From NCBI GenBank assembly GCA_026770705.1, contig JANJGN010000039.1, positions 6,448,001-6,512,000 on the forward strand: DNA of 64,000 bases. The letters run 5' to 3'. The DNA comes from Isurus oxyrinchus (Eukaryota). Shown here one piece after another: positions 1 to 12,549 of this stretch. The position numbers were made by a program, and so were the translations under genes. Each line of letters starts with the position of its first letter. Positions within the stretch are counted from its first letter, which is position 1. Under the pieces are notes generated by a model. That model searched no databases and was not told where the DNA came from. It saw only the letters and a program-made list of their open reading frames with translations.

Positions 1-104
1 CATATTTTTCTGCACCCTATTGAAACACACCAAGTGAAACAGGCTTTAACTATTTACATAAATATAAAATGCAGGCAAGTAGTGTTTCAGTGTTCAAAAA
101 CAAT

Positions 105-900
105 TCATAGGAATCTCACAGAATCGCACAATCACGTAAGTTTGATGGAACAGAAGGGGTCCATTGGTCCCATTGTGTCTGGCCTTCTCTTCAAATGAGC
201 TGTACGACCTAATGCAATTCCCCTGTCTTTTCCCCGTAACCCTGCATAACGCTTGTATTGAAATAACTACGTAATGCCGTCTTCAAAGCCTCTGTTGAAG
301 CAGCCTCCTCCATACTTCCAGGTTGTGTGTTCTAGACCCGAACTATTAGTTGTGCGGGACTATGGTGTTATGTTTTCTCAGTTCAAATTTGATTATTTTG
401 CAAGGCACTTTACATTTGTGTACTCTCATTCTTGCTCCCTTGACGATCGGTGCATTTTCTCCTATCTACCCTTTCCAGCGCCATCATGATTTTGGACACA
501 TCCTTAAAAATCCTCCCTTAGCATTGTTCTCTCAAGGCGGAACAGGTCCATCCTCTCCAGTCTATCTTCATAGAGAAGTTCCTGATACCTGGAACTATTT
601 CTGTATTCCTCATCACACTGTCACTGTGTGTTCACATCATTCCCATAAGCTGGCGTCCAGAGCTGTACACAATACCCCAGCGGAGCCCGAATAAGTGTCT
701 TAAACAAATTTAGCAGAATCTCCTTGTCTTGGCTCCGTGACCCCATTAGCAAATCCCAGGATACTATATGATTTTTTAAGTTCTCTCTCCACTTCTCCAG
801 CCACCTTCAATGATCTATGTACATACACCCGCATGTCTTTCTGCTCATGCACCCCCTTCAAAACTTGACCCTTCATTTGATATTGCCAGTACATGCACTT
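105..900 (-). mobile_element. CR1 LINE, 3' part (RT C-terminus + 3' UTR), decayed
   Basis: Minus-strand translation QYQMKGQVLKGVHEQKDMRVYVHRSLKVAGEVERELKKSYSILGF matches the CR1 ORF2 C-terminal region. It continues the fragment at 2612-3360. Confidence 0.8.
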
Positions 901-904
901 CCCA

Positions 905-2610
905 GTAAATTATTGGATAAGATTCTTCATGACAGGATTTAGTGCCATTTGGAAGCAAATGGGCGTATTACTGAGAGGCAGCAAGATTTCTTGAAGGGGA
1001 GATCGTGTCTCACTAACTTGATCGAGTTTTTCGAGGAAGAGACAAAGATGATGGATGATGGAAGGGCACCAAATCTTAGATACATGGATTTATAGTAAGG
1101 TATTTGATTCAGATAGTCAGAAGCTTTTTCCCAATTTGGAAGCATCACTTACTAGGGGATAGATATTTATGGTGAGAGGAGAAATTTATAGAGGAGATGT
1201 GCCAGGCAAGTTTATTTGCGCAGACGGTAGTAAGTACCTGGAATTCTCTGCCAGTAAGAGGCAGCTTGACAAATACATGAATAGCAGGTGAAAAAAGGGA
1301 TATGGCGCCAGATGTGTAAAATGTTTTAGTTGACAGACAATATGTTCAGCGCAAGCTTGGAAAACTAAAGGGCCTGTTTCCGCACTGCACTTTTCTTTGT
1401 TCCTTGTAAAATGCGTAAACTCACATTCCCCTGCCTTCGCTTTCATCAGAGATCGATTTGCAATCCCTCATGGAAGACTGGTGCAGAAGGTAAATTCGTA
1501 CAGGATCAGAGCTGAGCCGACAAGATGGATACATAATTGGCTTGGCCATAGAAAACAGAGGTTAGCAGTGGAATGGTGCTTTCCTGAATGGAGAGCTGTG
1601 AATATTGGAATTCTGCAGGGGTCGGTGCTGGGACCTTCGCTGTTTATAGTATACATAAATGATTTGGAGGAATGTGTATTTTGGCTTATCAGTAAGTTTG
1701 CAAATGACACTAAGATGGGAGGAGTTGCAGATAGTGAAGAGGATTGTCAAAGGATACAACGGGATATAGGTCGGTTGGAGACTTGGGCAGAGAAGTAGCA
1801 GATGGAGTTTAATCCGGACAAATGGACAGTAATGCATTGTGGAATATCTAATGCAGGCAGGAATTATCTAGAAAATGGCAGAACCCTTTAGTGCATTACG
1901 GGCAGAGGGGTCTGATTGTACAGGTCCACAGCTCACTGAAAGTGGCAGCGCAGGTGGATAAGGTAGTCAGGAAGGTATATGGCATGCTTGCCTTCATTGT
2001 CAGTGGTATTGAGTCTAAAAGCTGGGAAGCCATGCTGCAGATGTATGGAACATTGGTGAGGACACATTAGGAATATTGTGAGCAATTCTGTTCGCCCCAT
2101 CACCAAAAGGATATGGAGGTGTTGGAGATGGTGCAGAGGAGGTTTACCTGTATGTTGCCTGGTCTGGATCTTATTAGGTGTGAGGAGAGGTTGAAGAAAC
2201 TCGGATTGTTCTCACTATAGCGACGGATATTGAATGGCGACTTAATGTAACTTTAAAAAAATGTGATTCACATGGGCAGAGTCGATAGTCAGAAGGTTTT
2301 TCCCAAGATGTAAACATTAGTTAACAGGGGACATATACTTTCGGTGAGAGGAGACATCTAAAGAGGAGATGTGCGGGGCAAGTTTTTTTACGCAGAGGGT
2401 AATGACTGTCTGGAATTCGCTGCCAGAGGAGGTGGTGGAAGCAGGTACGATAGTGCTGTTTAAGAGGCAGCTTGACAAATATTGAATAGGATGGGAAATG
2501 AGGGACACGCACCACGGAAGTGCAAAATGTTTTACTTGATGGGCATTATGTTCAGCGCAGGCTTGGAAGGCCGAAGGGCCTGGTTCTGTGCTGTACTTTT
2601 CTTTGTTCTT
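905..2610 (+). mobile_element. CR1 LINE (RT + 3' UTR) nested in an older CR1, with an internal duplication of its 3' end
   Basis: Motifs KGRSCLTNLIEFFEE (~995-1040), IPHGRLVQKV, GILQGSVLGPSLFIVYINDL and SKFANDTKMGG. 3' UTR GGCCGAAGGGCCTGGTTCTGTGCTGTAC at ~2569-2596. Multiple stops and frameshifts. Confidence 0.9.
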
Positions 2611-2611
2611 T

Positions 2612-3360
2612 GTAAAATGCATAAACTGGCCCTCCAGCGCATGAGTTTTCATCTGGCACCGATTTTTCCACTCTACCAACTTGTCAATGTAGTTTTGAGC
2701 TTCTACACTGTCCCACTCGGAGTTCACAACAGTCTCAAACTTCGTCTCAACTACAAGCAGTGAAAATGTCCACTGCACAGAAAAGACAAGAGCATTAATA
2801 TACATGAGGAAAAGCAAGGGTCCCAATACTGACCACTGGGGAACTCCAAACAAGGCTTTCTGCAGCCAGCAAGATATCCTTTGAACATTACTCTGTGCTT
2901 CTTCTTTTTCAACGTTTTTTTTCTCCCCCACGTTGTTACTGACCATTTTATTCCATGAGCAATAACAAAAGTCTTTTGTGCAGTACTTTGTGAAATGCCG
3001 CTTTGAAAGTCCATGTAGACCACATCAACAGTAATAACCTCATCGACCTTTTTTGTTAACTCTTCAAGAAGCTAAATCAAGTTAGTTAAGCACGACCATG
3101 CTGGCTGTACTTTATCAATCCTTATTTCCCAATTTGACTTCTAGTACTATCCCGAATAACTGCTTCTAGAATTTTGCCAAAACTGTTGTTAAACTGTCTG
3201 GTCTGTAATTGCTGTGTTTATCATTACTTCCGTTTTTAACAGATGCGTAACTTTGCAATTCTGCAGCCCTCTTGCACCTCCCCTTGGTCTAAGGAAGATT
3301 GAAAGATTTTGGCCAGTGACCCAGCAATTCCTACTCTCACTTCCTTCAATACCGTTGTCC
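2612..3360 (-). mobile_element. CR1 LINE RT fragment (5' part of the element at 105-900)
   Basis: Minus-strand VYMDFQ, GVPQWSVLGPLLFLMYIN and QMK..FMHF. It breaks off where the 105-900 fragment resumes. Confidence 0.8.
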
Positions 3361-5599
3361 TCAAGTCATTAACTGTTGTAGTGGTGCTGATTAATTACAT
3401 TACCTCAAGGCAGTGCTGAGAATATGTGCATAACGAATGTGTTTGAGTGTGTTTTTACGATCAGTTGCTTAAACATAATGAATATAGGGCAGAGATCACT
3501 GATTAGTCAATTTGTCTAAGTGTTTAGGGTTTTGATTTTCCTGAACACTCACCAAGTGGAGCAATATTTTCCACATCGTTACAGTGAAACCACTGACTCT
3601 TTCTGCATCCGTTGTAAAGGGCATCGATCATCATTTTCTCCTCTGGGACAGTAAGCAAACGAAACAGCCTGTTTAGTATTGCCGGCAAATAGAATCTCTT
3701 TTTTCATGTATCAATCTTGCACTTTTGTTGCATCTTCCTCAGTGAATGATTTTTTTTATTTGTCTGTTTGTTTGTTTGTAATTTGTGATCAGAGCTTGAG
3801 GAAATAAGTTAAATGTGGAAAAATGGGAATCTATGAATGCTTAATATAATGTTGATGATTTTTAATTCTGTGCGTCTAGAACTGCTACTCGTTTCTTCAT
3901 TTCCTTGCTTAGGCTGTATGTCTATGCGTTGCCACCTTAAATGGCTTATGAATCTCAGTCTCTGAACCACTTTTCCACCCTACACTATCTGAGTCTTATT
4001 TTCCTATAAACTTGTGGGAAACTCCGCACTCCTGCAAAATAAAAAAGAACTTTACCTGAAACTTTTCTAAGTGGATCTAATTTTCATTCTAAACACACAT
4101 CTTGTTTTTCAGCAAAACAATTCAATGTTTCACTGCATTTATTCTCAGTTTGTAAGACACCTTCATTTTTGATTAAATTATAATCACTCCCTGCAGTCCC
4201 GCAACAGAAAATGTGCAGCAAGTCTCCGCCACGGGCTCAGGTCCATCGCAATGTGTTTTGCTTCGGTACAGATTGGGTTCTGCTCTTGAATGACCTCCTT
4301 AAGTGTACAATGGCAGATCTTCCTTGGCCGGCCCCACCTTCTTTGTTTTTCCTTAATAATGTATCTAATGTACTGGCACTCTGGCTTCCGAGAGGCAAAA
4401 TCTGTGCCATTTTCAAATTGACAATTTTATATCTGACAAGGACTCCAAATTATTCGTATCAATGCTGAACAGCAGCTGTTCCTGCAACAGCGTTTGTGGA
4501 AAACTGCTTGTTCCCTTTTGGTACCTGAGGAAACACACCAAATCATTGCTCTTTACTTTCTGTTTTCGCTGCCAACTTTCTATCGATTCTGCTGTATTTC
4601 CCTTAAATCGATGTCCTGTGAGATTGGTCACGGGTATGCTATTGTTATCTTATCAAGAGCTGTTTCGAATTGAATATCTAGTCGAAGAACTATGTTTCCT
4701 CGATCTAAAGTTTATAATTTGCATTGGAAGGAAGCAACAGCGTTGATCAAGCCTTTCCTGTTTTGAATATGTGCTGACTAATGTTTATCAGATTCTCCTT
4801 TTCTTAACATTTTCCTTTAACATTCTAGAAGTAATGCCAACTTTACTAAATACCATGGAACCCTGCAGTCTTCCATCCTAAACAGCTGCATAGCATTCCC
4901 TGTACACCAGTCCATTGCCATTATCCGCTGTTCAGGTAACATTTGGTAAGGGTTTATTAGTTTCTCGCTGACCTCTTTCCTGTGTAATTTCAAGCATGAA
5001 TTAAATTCAATACATCCAAACTAGAGCATCATCTGCTCCCAGATTACTTTAACATTTTCCCCCAAATGTATTGAAGTTTTCTTGATGCAATTATCAACTT
5101 ATGGATTGAGAATATATTCCTGCCAACCCCACTCTATAGTAGGAAATATGATGTCTGCATCCTCAACAAAAAATGTTGATTATTTTCCAAGTGCTGGACA
5201 AGAGATCAGAGTTGTCTCCTTATAAGGTCAGTACCTGAGTTCAGATTCCCGTTCACCTTGCTGTCCTGGTCACTCACCCACCCGCTTCAAAGCACATTAA
5301 CTCCCACCTCGTCTCAAGCTCACAGTGAATGCCATTTCTGAAGTCATTCCCCATTTATCCTCTTTCCACTGCATCTGGAAGGCATATTCCAGAAGGCGTA
5401 CTCGATTTTTTTTCAAATATAAAAAAATATTTTCCCATTATTCACTGAACATCCTGTTTGTCAATTCTCCCTCAACGTATTTGTTATGGAAACCAATAGT
5501 CTGCAACAGCTTATTCTTTTCCTCCGGAAATAACTTCTGTTGTAACGGACAGACAGGTGTTACTATTTCTGCGTGGGATGGGATCGCTATTGGAAAAAT

Positions 5600-5945
5600 T
5601 AAAGTTTATAGGTTTACTCTCTGTATTGGTTGGAAGCTGTATTCATGAACCGCTGCAGTCAGAATGGTGCAGGTGCACACTGTAGGGTTTTTAGGGCTGA
5701 CATTCTGGGATTTTGGCTCAACAGGAACGATAGAGTGGCTGTGAAGGTCCAAGCCAGGATCGTGCGTAAATTGGACACTTGTGCTCTTCCCATTCGCCCC
5801 CTCTCTGTTCTTTCTTTCCTTCCAAATGACAGAGATCTTCGATTTTAGAAGATGGAAGTGAAGCAGCCTTGGCTAATTGCTGTATCACCTGTCGCAGGTG
5901 ATGCTCCCTCCTGATACAGCGAGCCTGCAGTGGACAATGCAAATG
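5600..5945 (-). mobile_element. 3' end of the second LINE family (CR1-Zenon-like), decayed
   Basis: Reverse complement resembles the 3' ends at 15050-15755 and 46790-47350 (GGACTGCAGCGGTTCA-type motif). Confidence 0.6.
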
Positions 5946-8817
5946 CTTCACACACTGGATGAGATGTTGATGATTTGGCAGTGATCTATGTTTGTTGTTT
6001 AAATTCTTGAGAGGTATTGCAGCTACCCTGCTTTCGGTCAAGGGGAGAATATTTCATGACAATTTCGTCTTGTGCCTTGAAAAAGGAGGGCAGTGTTTGG
6101 CGAGTCAGAAATTCCCAGCCTCTCAACCTGTACTTTGGAAAGATTTCATTTTGAAGTTAACATCGGAACTACCATTTGACAAAAGAATGCACTGACACTG
6201 AATCCCCGATGAACAGTGCGAGTTTTCTTATCTCAGTTAAAATACATAATTTGATAATTAACAAGAGCCGAATATTGACAGTGAACTCTGGTCTTTTCTC
6301 TCCAATGTCACTGGGGCATCTCTTCTGCGTCATTATCTGTTCACTATGTCCTCATCGTCAATTGATGTATGACGATAATGTTTAAGATTCTTTCCCTTTC
6401 ATGCTGCGGAGATACAAATTCCATTTGCACTGATCCATCGTATAACGTTTACCACAAATATTTTTTCCTTATAACTGTTGAAATTTTAAGGGCAATGTGG
6501 ATCCCCGAGCTGAATACTACTATGTTTACTTCTTAATGGATGAAGAGGTCTGCAGTCAATTCAATAATGTTACAAGCTACTACTGTGGAGTAGCAATGGG
6601 AAATTCAATCTCGCCATGTTCCAATGACTTAGCCCTAGCTTCACAGCAGATGCACTCACCGAAATGTCGACCTAATTCAAATGATGCTGAACTCATCGTT
6701 GCACCATAATATCACAACGCGAAGTGTCAAGAGATCCTCAATTTAACATCTGTTCTCCCTGACGTGGGACTAGCTGTTTTAAGGGATAGGTAATTAGTGG
6801 ATAAACAAAGACTGCCTGGCATCTTGATCACTTCACTACCTCTTGTACCAGCCGTTCACATCGCTGATGATAAAGAACAACACAGACATATTATTCCAAG
6901 GCAGAATATATTGGCTACGCTTTCCATTTAATGGTACACACCTAATGGATATTCCCATCCGGCACTCTTCCTGAAAGGTCAGTTGCCTCAGCAAAAGTTT
7001 ATTTTGCTTTTCTCTATTCCTTTGAGCCATTACTGATATGTTTACCACTATGTCTATAACTTTGAATTCGTTTTATCTATGTGCCAATGCCATTATTTAA
7101 TGTTGACTTATTGTAATGTCCACAGTAGTTAAGTTGAACAGTTCTCCATGAACTGAATAATTTTGGGACTGACCTTTAATGGTTGTTTGAATTTTAGCTA
7201 CTTGTTAATTGGCAGAAGAACACTCATCTAAACACTCTCGCATATGACTCCCAATATCATGCCACCCTTTCTGGAACTCAGGTGAAATTACCGAAGTAAC
7301 ACACGCCCAAACTCCATACGCCGTCTTGCATGTTCTAAATGCTCTGCGTGATGCCCAGTCTGTTAGCTGTACTTCTCTAAAAACGAAGCTCGCACAGAAG
7401 GGCACAAAAAATCATCAAGAATAAGTTCGAAAATTATTGGACTAATCTATATGTTCCATTCGCTAAATTATACATTACTGTGTCTTTGGTTCTTTTTCAA
7501 CATTAGCTGCTACCCTCAATCACTTCCCTCTCACAATGTTACACATTCCATTAGTTACCGTGCCATCTCATGAAAGAGCCCTGGAGAATTTGTACAATCC
7601 AATACATTATTGTTTCGTTAGGTCATGATGCAAACTTGCCATCGCATTCTAGTCATTAATATGTTTTATGTGTTCTTTACCTGACATGATATTTTTATTC
7701 CTTACGCAGAACAGTAAATTGTAATGATATTTTCCAAATTACTTCAAATATACACCGCATATACTTGATTGCTTAATGTTTATATAAACAACATTAGCCG
7801 TTTCTTTTTAATTCCTTTAATTTTCCCAATATGTTTTGAATACCTGTTCATGTGCATTGAATTCAGTTCACCGGTTCCATTTCCTTTGGCATTTTCTTTC
7901 TGGTTTTGTAATGTTTCCATTGATTTGTTTATATAGTTACCTCTCACTCTGCCACAAAAATACGAATAAAAACACATTTGCATTAGCAGTGCCTTTAATG
8001 GAATTTGTCACCATGCTGTGAAATTTGTTGTCTCAATCGAACTTCCCAAATTATTGAAGCTGTTGGAAATATTTTTTTTCCAATTAAAGTACTGTTTACT
8101 ATTTATCCAAAATCAAACGTAACCAAATTGTTCATTCTGCTCGGAGCAAATTCAATTAATTCGAAACTACCAATTGTTTCGCCAAATAATTAACTGTCCC
8201 ACTCTATTTCAGAGAGCGGGCTATTGCAAAGGGTCTCCGAGTAATTAAGTCAGCGGATTATTTTTTTTTTTTAAATAGAACAAAGACATTTCTTCAAGGC
8301 ATGCACAAAATACCAGTTATCACAAGTTAGTTCTGAACTAAAATTCTGCAGGAACATGGATTAGAAAATAAAGTCCCAATTGTCCTCCAAACATATTATC
8401 ATTTTTACGGAGTTTTTACATCAAGAATAATCCAGGATAAATTAAGTTAAATTGAGCACCAAAATTGCTACGTACTCGATCACACTTTTAAAACTACTAC
8501 TCACTTGCGTGTGGTAACTTGTATCCGGTTCAGAAATTCCGCATGTTTCACCAGTTTTAAAAGATTTCCAGTGTGGCAAGTCATAAGTTAGAATGCTAAC
8601 ACTTTTTAATAGTATGCACTTTAAATCCTTCTTCAGATTTCCAGGGAAACAATTCACATTCTTAGTCAGTTTGAATGTACAGTTTTATAGCGCACTTACA
8701 GAGTAGTTTCGTGCATCAAGTGAAAGCTTCCACACACAGTCCTGCACACAGACACACAGTTGTATTATCCTTACTCACAGCAGTCCGTGTGTGTGCTTAA
8801 AATGAGAATATTTGGAA

Positions 8818-9045
8818 ACTGAAATAAATGCAGAAAGTGTTGGAAAATTTCAGCAACTCCGGCAGAATTTGCAAAGATAGAAACAGATTGAACTATTCGA
8901 TTTCAATATGACTTTTCATCGAAAGGATGCTACCGTTCTGAGAAAGAGCTATGTTGGACTTGTAACATCCATTCTGTTCCTGTGCCTCCAGAGGCTGCCC
9001 TACCTGCTGAGGGTAACCAGCGCTTGTTATTTTTACTTCAATATT
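8818..9045. mobile_element. Palindromic Penelope-derived miniature element, decayed
   Basis: Left arm GCAGAAAGTGTTGGAAAATTTCAGCAAC.. pairs imperfectly with right arm ..CCTGCTGAGGGTAACCAGCGCTTGTTATT. Same family as 21171-21362 and the Penelope terminus at ~16240. Confidence 0.6.
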
Positions 9046-10049
9046 TACCTTGAGTTTTTTGCATCATTAATAACTTTGAACGTGCCTCATGAAAATGGTG
9101 ATGGTGTGGAGTGAGGGAGTGTGGTGCTGCGAGGAGGGGGGAGGGGTTCAGTTATGGGGGAGGGGGAGCTGGAAAATACATTGCATTACTCATAATCTTC
9201 TTTCGGGTAATTTTATAAATGTCTGCAATTGATACAATGGGGAAAAGCTAATTCGAAAAAATTCACAAAGGAAAACATCAATGCACTACATCACGGTGAA
9301 AAATTGAGCGCTTCAGTTTTGGAAGTGAATTGTACTCGAATTACCCTGCCTATTTTTTTTTTCACAGCACGAAAGCTGAGTATCAGTTCCAGTGTATTTT
9401 TCAACTTTTCACTTTGTTTCCTTTGTCTCTATCCTGCCGTCAATTTATTAGCTCATTCTTATAATCTAAACTGGACTGCGGAATTCCCATCCCAAAACAG
9501 TTACAGCTGAGATAAAGATGTCACACAGTCTGTTGACTCACAGCATTCTAAATGCCACACAAAATGTAGGAAACCTCAGCAAACCCCTCATTCTCACTTC
9601 AGCAGTTCCCCTAACACCACGCAGGAGCCAAGTGCCTGTCAGATAGTTTTTTCAATCCACTCCTCTCTTCATGAAATCATTATCCAAACAATAATATACA
9701 CGTAGAGCAAACCAGGAGGTCCAAATAACACCCGAGGCAGGTAAACAAAGAGTTAAACATCTCTTAAATCTCTGCAAATAACTGACATACATTCATAAAC
9801 AATTCCCCAAACACGACTGCTGATCCGATTAACCAGGTCATTACATGAGGGATGTAAAATATCGGCATTTTGTGAGCATCAAAACGAACATGCTTTGCTG
9901 CTTCTTTCTCAATCATAGGTTTGCTTATAAACACCATTTGTGTGGTCACTACTGAAATGTTATAAACAAAAAAGCACATGGATCCTACATCATGTAGCAA
10001 CAGAATTAATATGGTTGTTTCAGTTAGTCTTTTTGATAAATGGCAGCAC

Positions 10050-11600
10050 CTTCGATTAGTCTGGCGAAGATATCAGCGATGGTAATGCTCTTGCAATTCA
10101 ACAGGACGTGTTAAGTTTAGTTTTCTTGTTGCATATTGTCATCACCTTTCAGTACTGTGGCATGATTGTTACTTCCGATTTAGCAAAGCAAGCCTGACTG
10201 TTGGACACGTCTTGCTGCATGCAGGTAACAACTGCTTCTCTATCTTAGAAACTGTGAATAGCACTGAAGGATCGGCAGTCTATAATGAAAACCCCCACTA
10301 TTTGAATGTATGATGAACTGACGGCCATGCATGAAGCATTTGAATACTGCAAGGTCTGGGACACCACAATGAAGTATTTATTTCAGGTGATATGTCCTAG
10401 ACTAGAGGCCGTTAGCCTAGAGCGGCTACATTTCCCCGTTTTCTGAAGCGTATGCGTCCCACCAATGGACATGTCGCACGTGTAATTCAATAATCATTAA
10501 ATTTGCTGTCGCTCCATGTTGCCACTGACAGTAAAATGCTGCCTTGTTACATTCAGCTTTACAATTAACCTCTGTACCATCTCTGTAATGGATGTCTGGG
10601 ACTGGGAAATCCTGGTGGAAAGCAATGTCAGTTTCGGGAGCACTGTTATTGTTGATTTAGATGAGTTTGGACGCAATGTTGCCGGCATCTTCTATGCTTT
10701 TTTTTGCTCATGCTTCTGATTAAACATTGGTGCTGAACCTTCTTAGGTTTCCATTTGTTCCGTTCATGTGCATGCGTGTGTGTGTGCCTGCGGGTGTGGG
10801 GTTCGGGGTGGGGAGCATGTGTGCGTGCCTGTGTGTGTCTATGTGTGTGCGCTTGTGTGTGCCTGCGGGTGACTGGGGGTCAGGGTGGGGAGCATGTGTG
10901 TGTGTTTGTGTGTGTGTGCGTGTGTGTATATGTGTGTGTGCTTGCGTGTGCCGGTGTGTGTGTTTGTGCATTTGTGCGTTTCTTTGTGTATGATATGTGT
11001 ATGTGTGTGTCCGCTTGTGTGTGTGTTTGTCTGTCTGCGTGTTTTTCTGCGCTTGTGTGCACGTGTGTAAGTTTGATGGATATATAGGTAGGAAGATAGA
11101 TAGGTAGATAAATAAAGAGTCAGATTCTGTGTATCTGTCTATTTGTGTATGCATGTGCACGCGCGCTTGTGGAGGGGGCCTGACTAGACTATTTTCGAAA
11201 GTCTCGGTTGGTGACCATTAATGGAGATGCACTATAACAGCTTGGCCATGACGCTGCTGTATCCATTACACGAGTGTTCAGCACTACAGCCTGGATGTTG
11301 TTAAGTTCCATAGCCATTGGCTTACCCAGTGTTGTCCCTTGTTCCTGGACACTGCTTTGAGTGAAACAAGTGTTTCAGGAATAAATAGTCCCGCTACGAG
11401 AACACATGTCTCCAATGTTTGACGCCACTATTTGAACAGTCCATTATTTCAAAGTGCTTTTGACCCATTTTCCAGCTCTATGTTTTCCATTGCATCTACG
11501 GCTGCAACCGTGTCATTTACGTTTTTTTTTACCAGCAGTTGAGGAATTCCTTGCATATGACTTCGAATTTTCACGTGTTCGGCAGCTTCAAATGCATCAT
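10050..11600 (-). mobile_element. Second LINE family (CR1-Zenon-like) RT remnant, split by a (TG)n tract
   Basis: 10275-10380 is a decayed reverse complement of the GVPQGSVLGP..INDL..MFADD RT segment seen at 18735-18835 and 61120-61230. Confidence 0.5.
10765..11170. repeat. Compound (TG)n microsatellite with an internal ~45-bp direct duplication
   Basis: Imperfect TG run. GTGTGCCTGCGGGTG..GGGGT.CAG/GGGTGGGGAGCATGTGTG occurs at ~10780 and ~10857. Confidence 0.95.
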
Positions 11601-12549
11601 GTTTAGCACGCAACTCCCCCTGTCAACTTATTTTCTCTGTCTCTCTCTGTCCTCTAATTACTGATATCCTTTATAAGATGCCTAATCATTTACCACTGTA
11701 ATTATGCTTTAAGATCGCGATTACGGGAAGGATCGTAAGAACGTTCACCCAGTTTCACTGCTGCTTTTTCATCTGTTATGCGATGTGATCTTCCACTGCT
11801 CTTACATACACATGAGCGGTCCTCAGTACAAATTTTCCTTCATTGTAAGTGAAGAGGGTTATGCACGATGGTGGCCGTACATTGTGTGATGCTTTCATTA
11901 ACGTTTCTCGTCCATTCTGGAAAGATGATATAGTTATCCTTGTTTTCAGCATCCACTCTGCCACCACGCACACAGAAGAGATGATGCTCGTAATTATTTG
12001 CGAGAGTAGCCAAAGGAATTTAATCCTTCCCTCCCTGCAGCACAATGGTCCACACTTCCAGCTCCCAAAATTTCCAATCTCCTATTTAGAGAGCTAATAA
12101 CATAGGCGGGGCTGCAGCAACAGACCTTCAGAAATGTACACTATTTGTGGATCTCTCCTATGTTAGGCAGAGATCTCAATCCCAGGAGTTGTTTCCAATC
12201 CTGAGGCTGTCATTATTGAGGATAATGGTTTGTCTGTTGGGGTTGCCAGTGAGGAAGACGGCTGCATTTCCTATCCCAGTTAGGTGGTTTGAATCCAGGT
12301 AGTAATTCCCAACACCAAATTTGAAATGGCATGGGTTTTGAGAATTTCCTGGCATTGAAGGGGACGGCAGAGCTCGGGGCGGTTGCTTCCCTGAAACTCG
12401 GGTGTGAAAGTTTGCAGGATGGGAACTTGTGTGTGTTACCCAATTCCTCCCAGGGAGATATGTATGCACTGGGAGACATTAACACCAAAGCCAAATGGGG
12501 ATCAGAGCACAACCAGTTTAGGTGGGTTTTTGTTATCTGTAAATTTCAG

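Noticed and set aside
10720-11160. His/Thr-rich and Cys/Val-rich ORFs (also 33462-34131)
   Set aside because: These are translations of (TG)n/(CA)n microsatellites and N gaps, not proteins.
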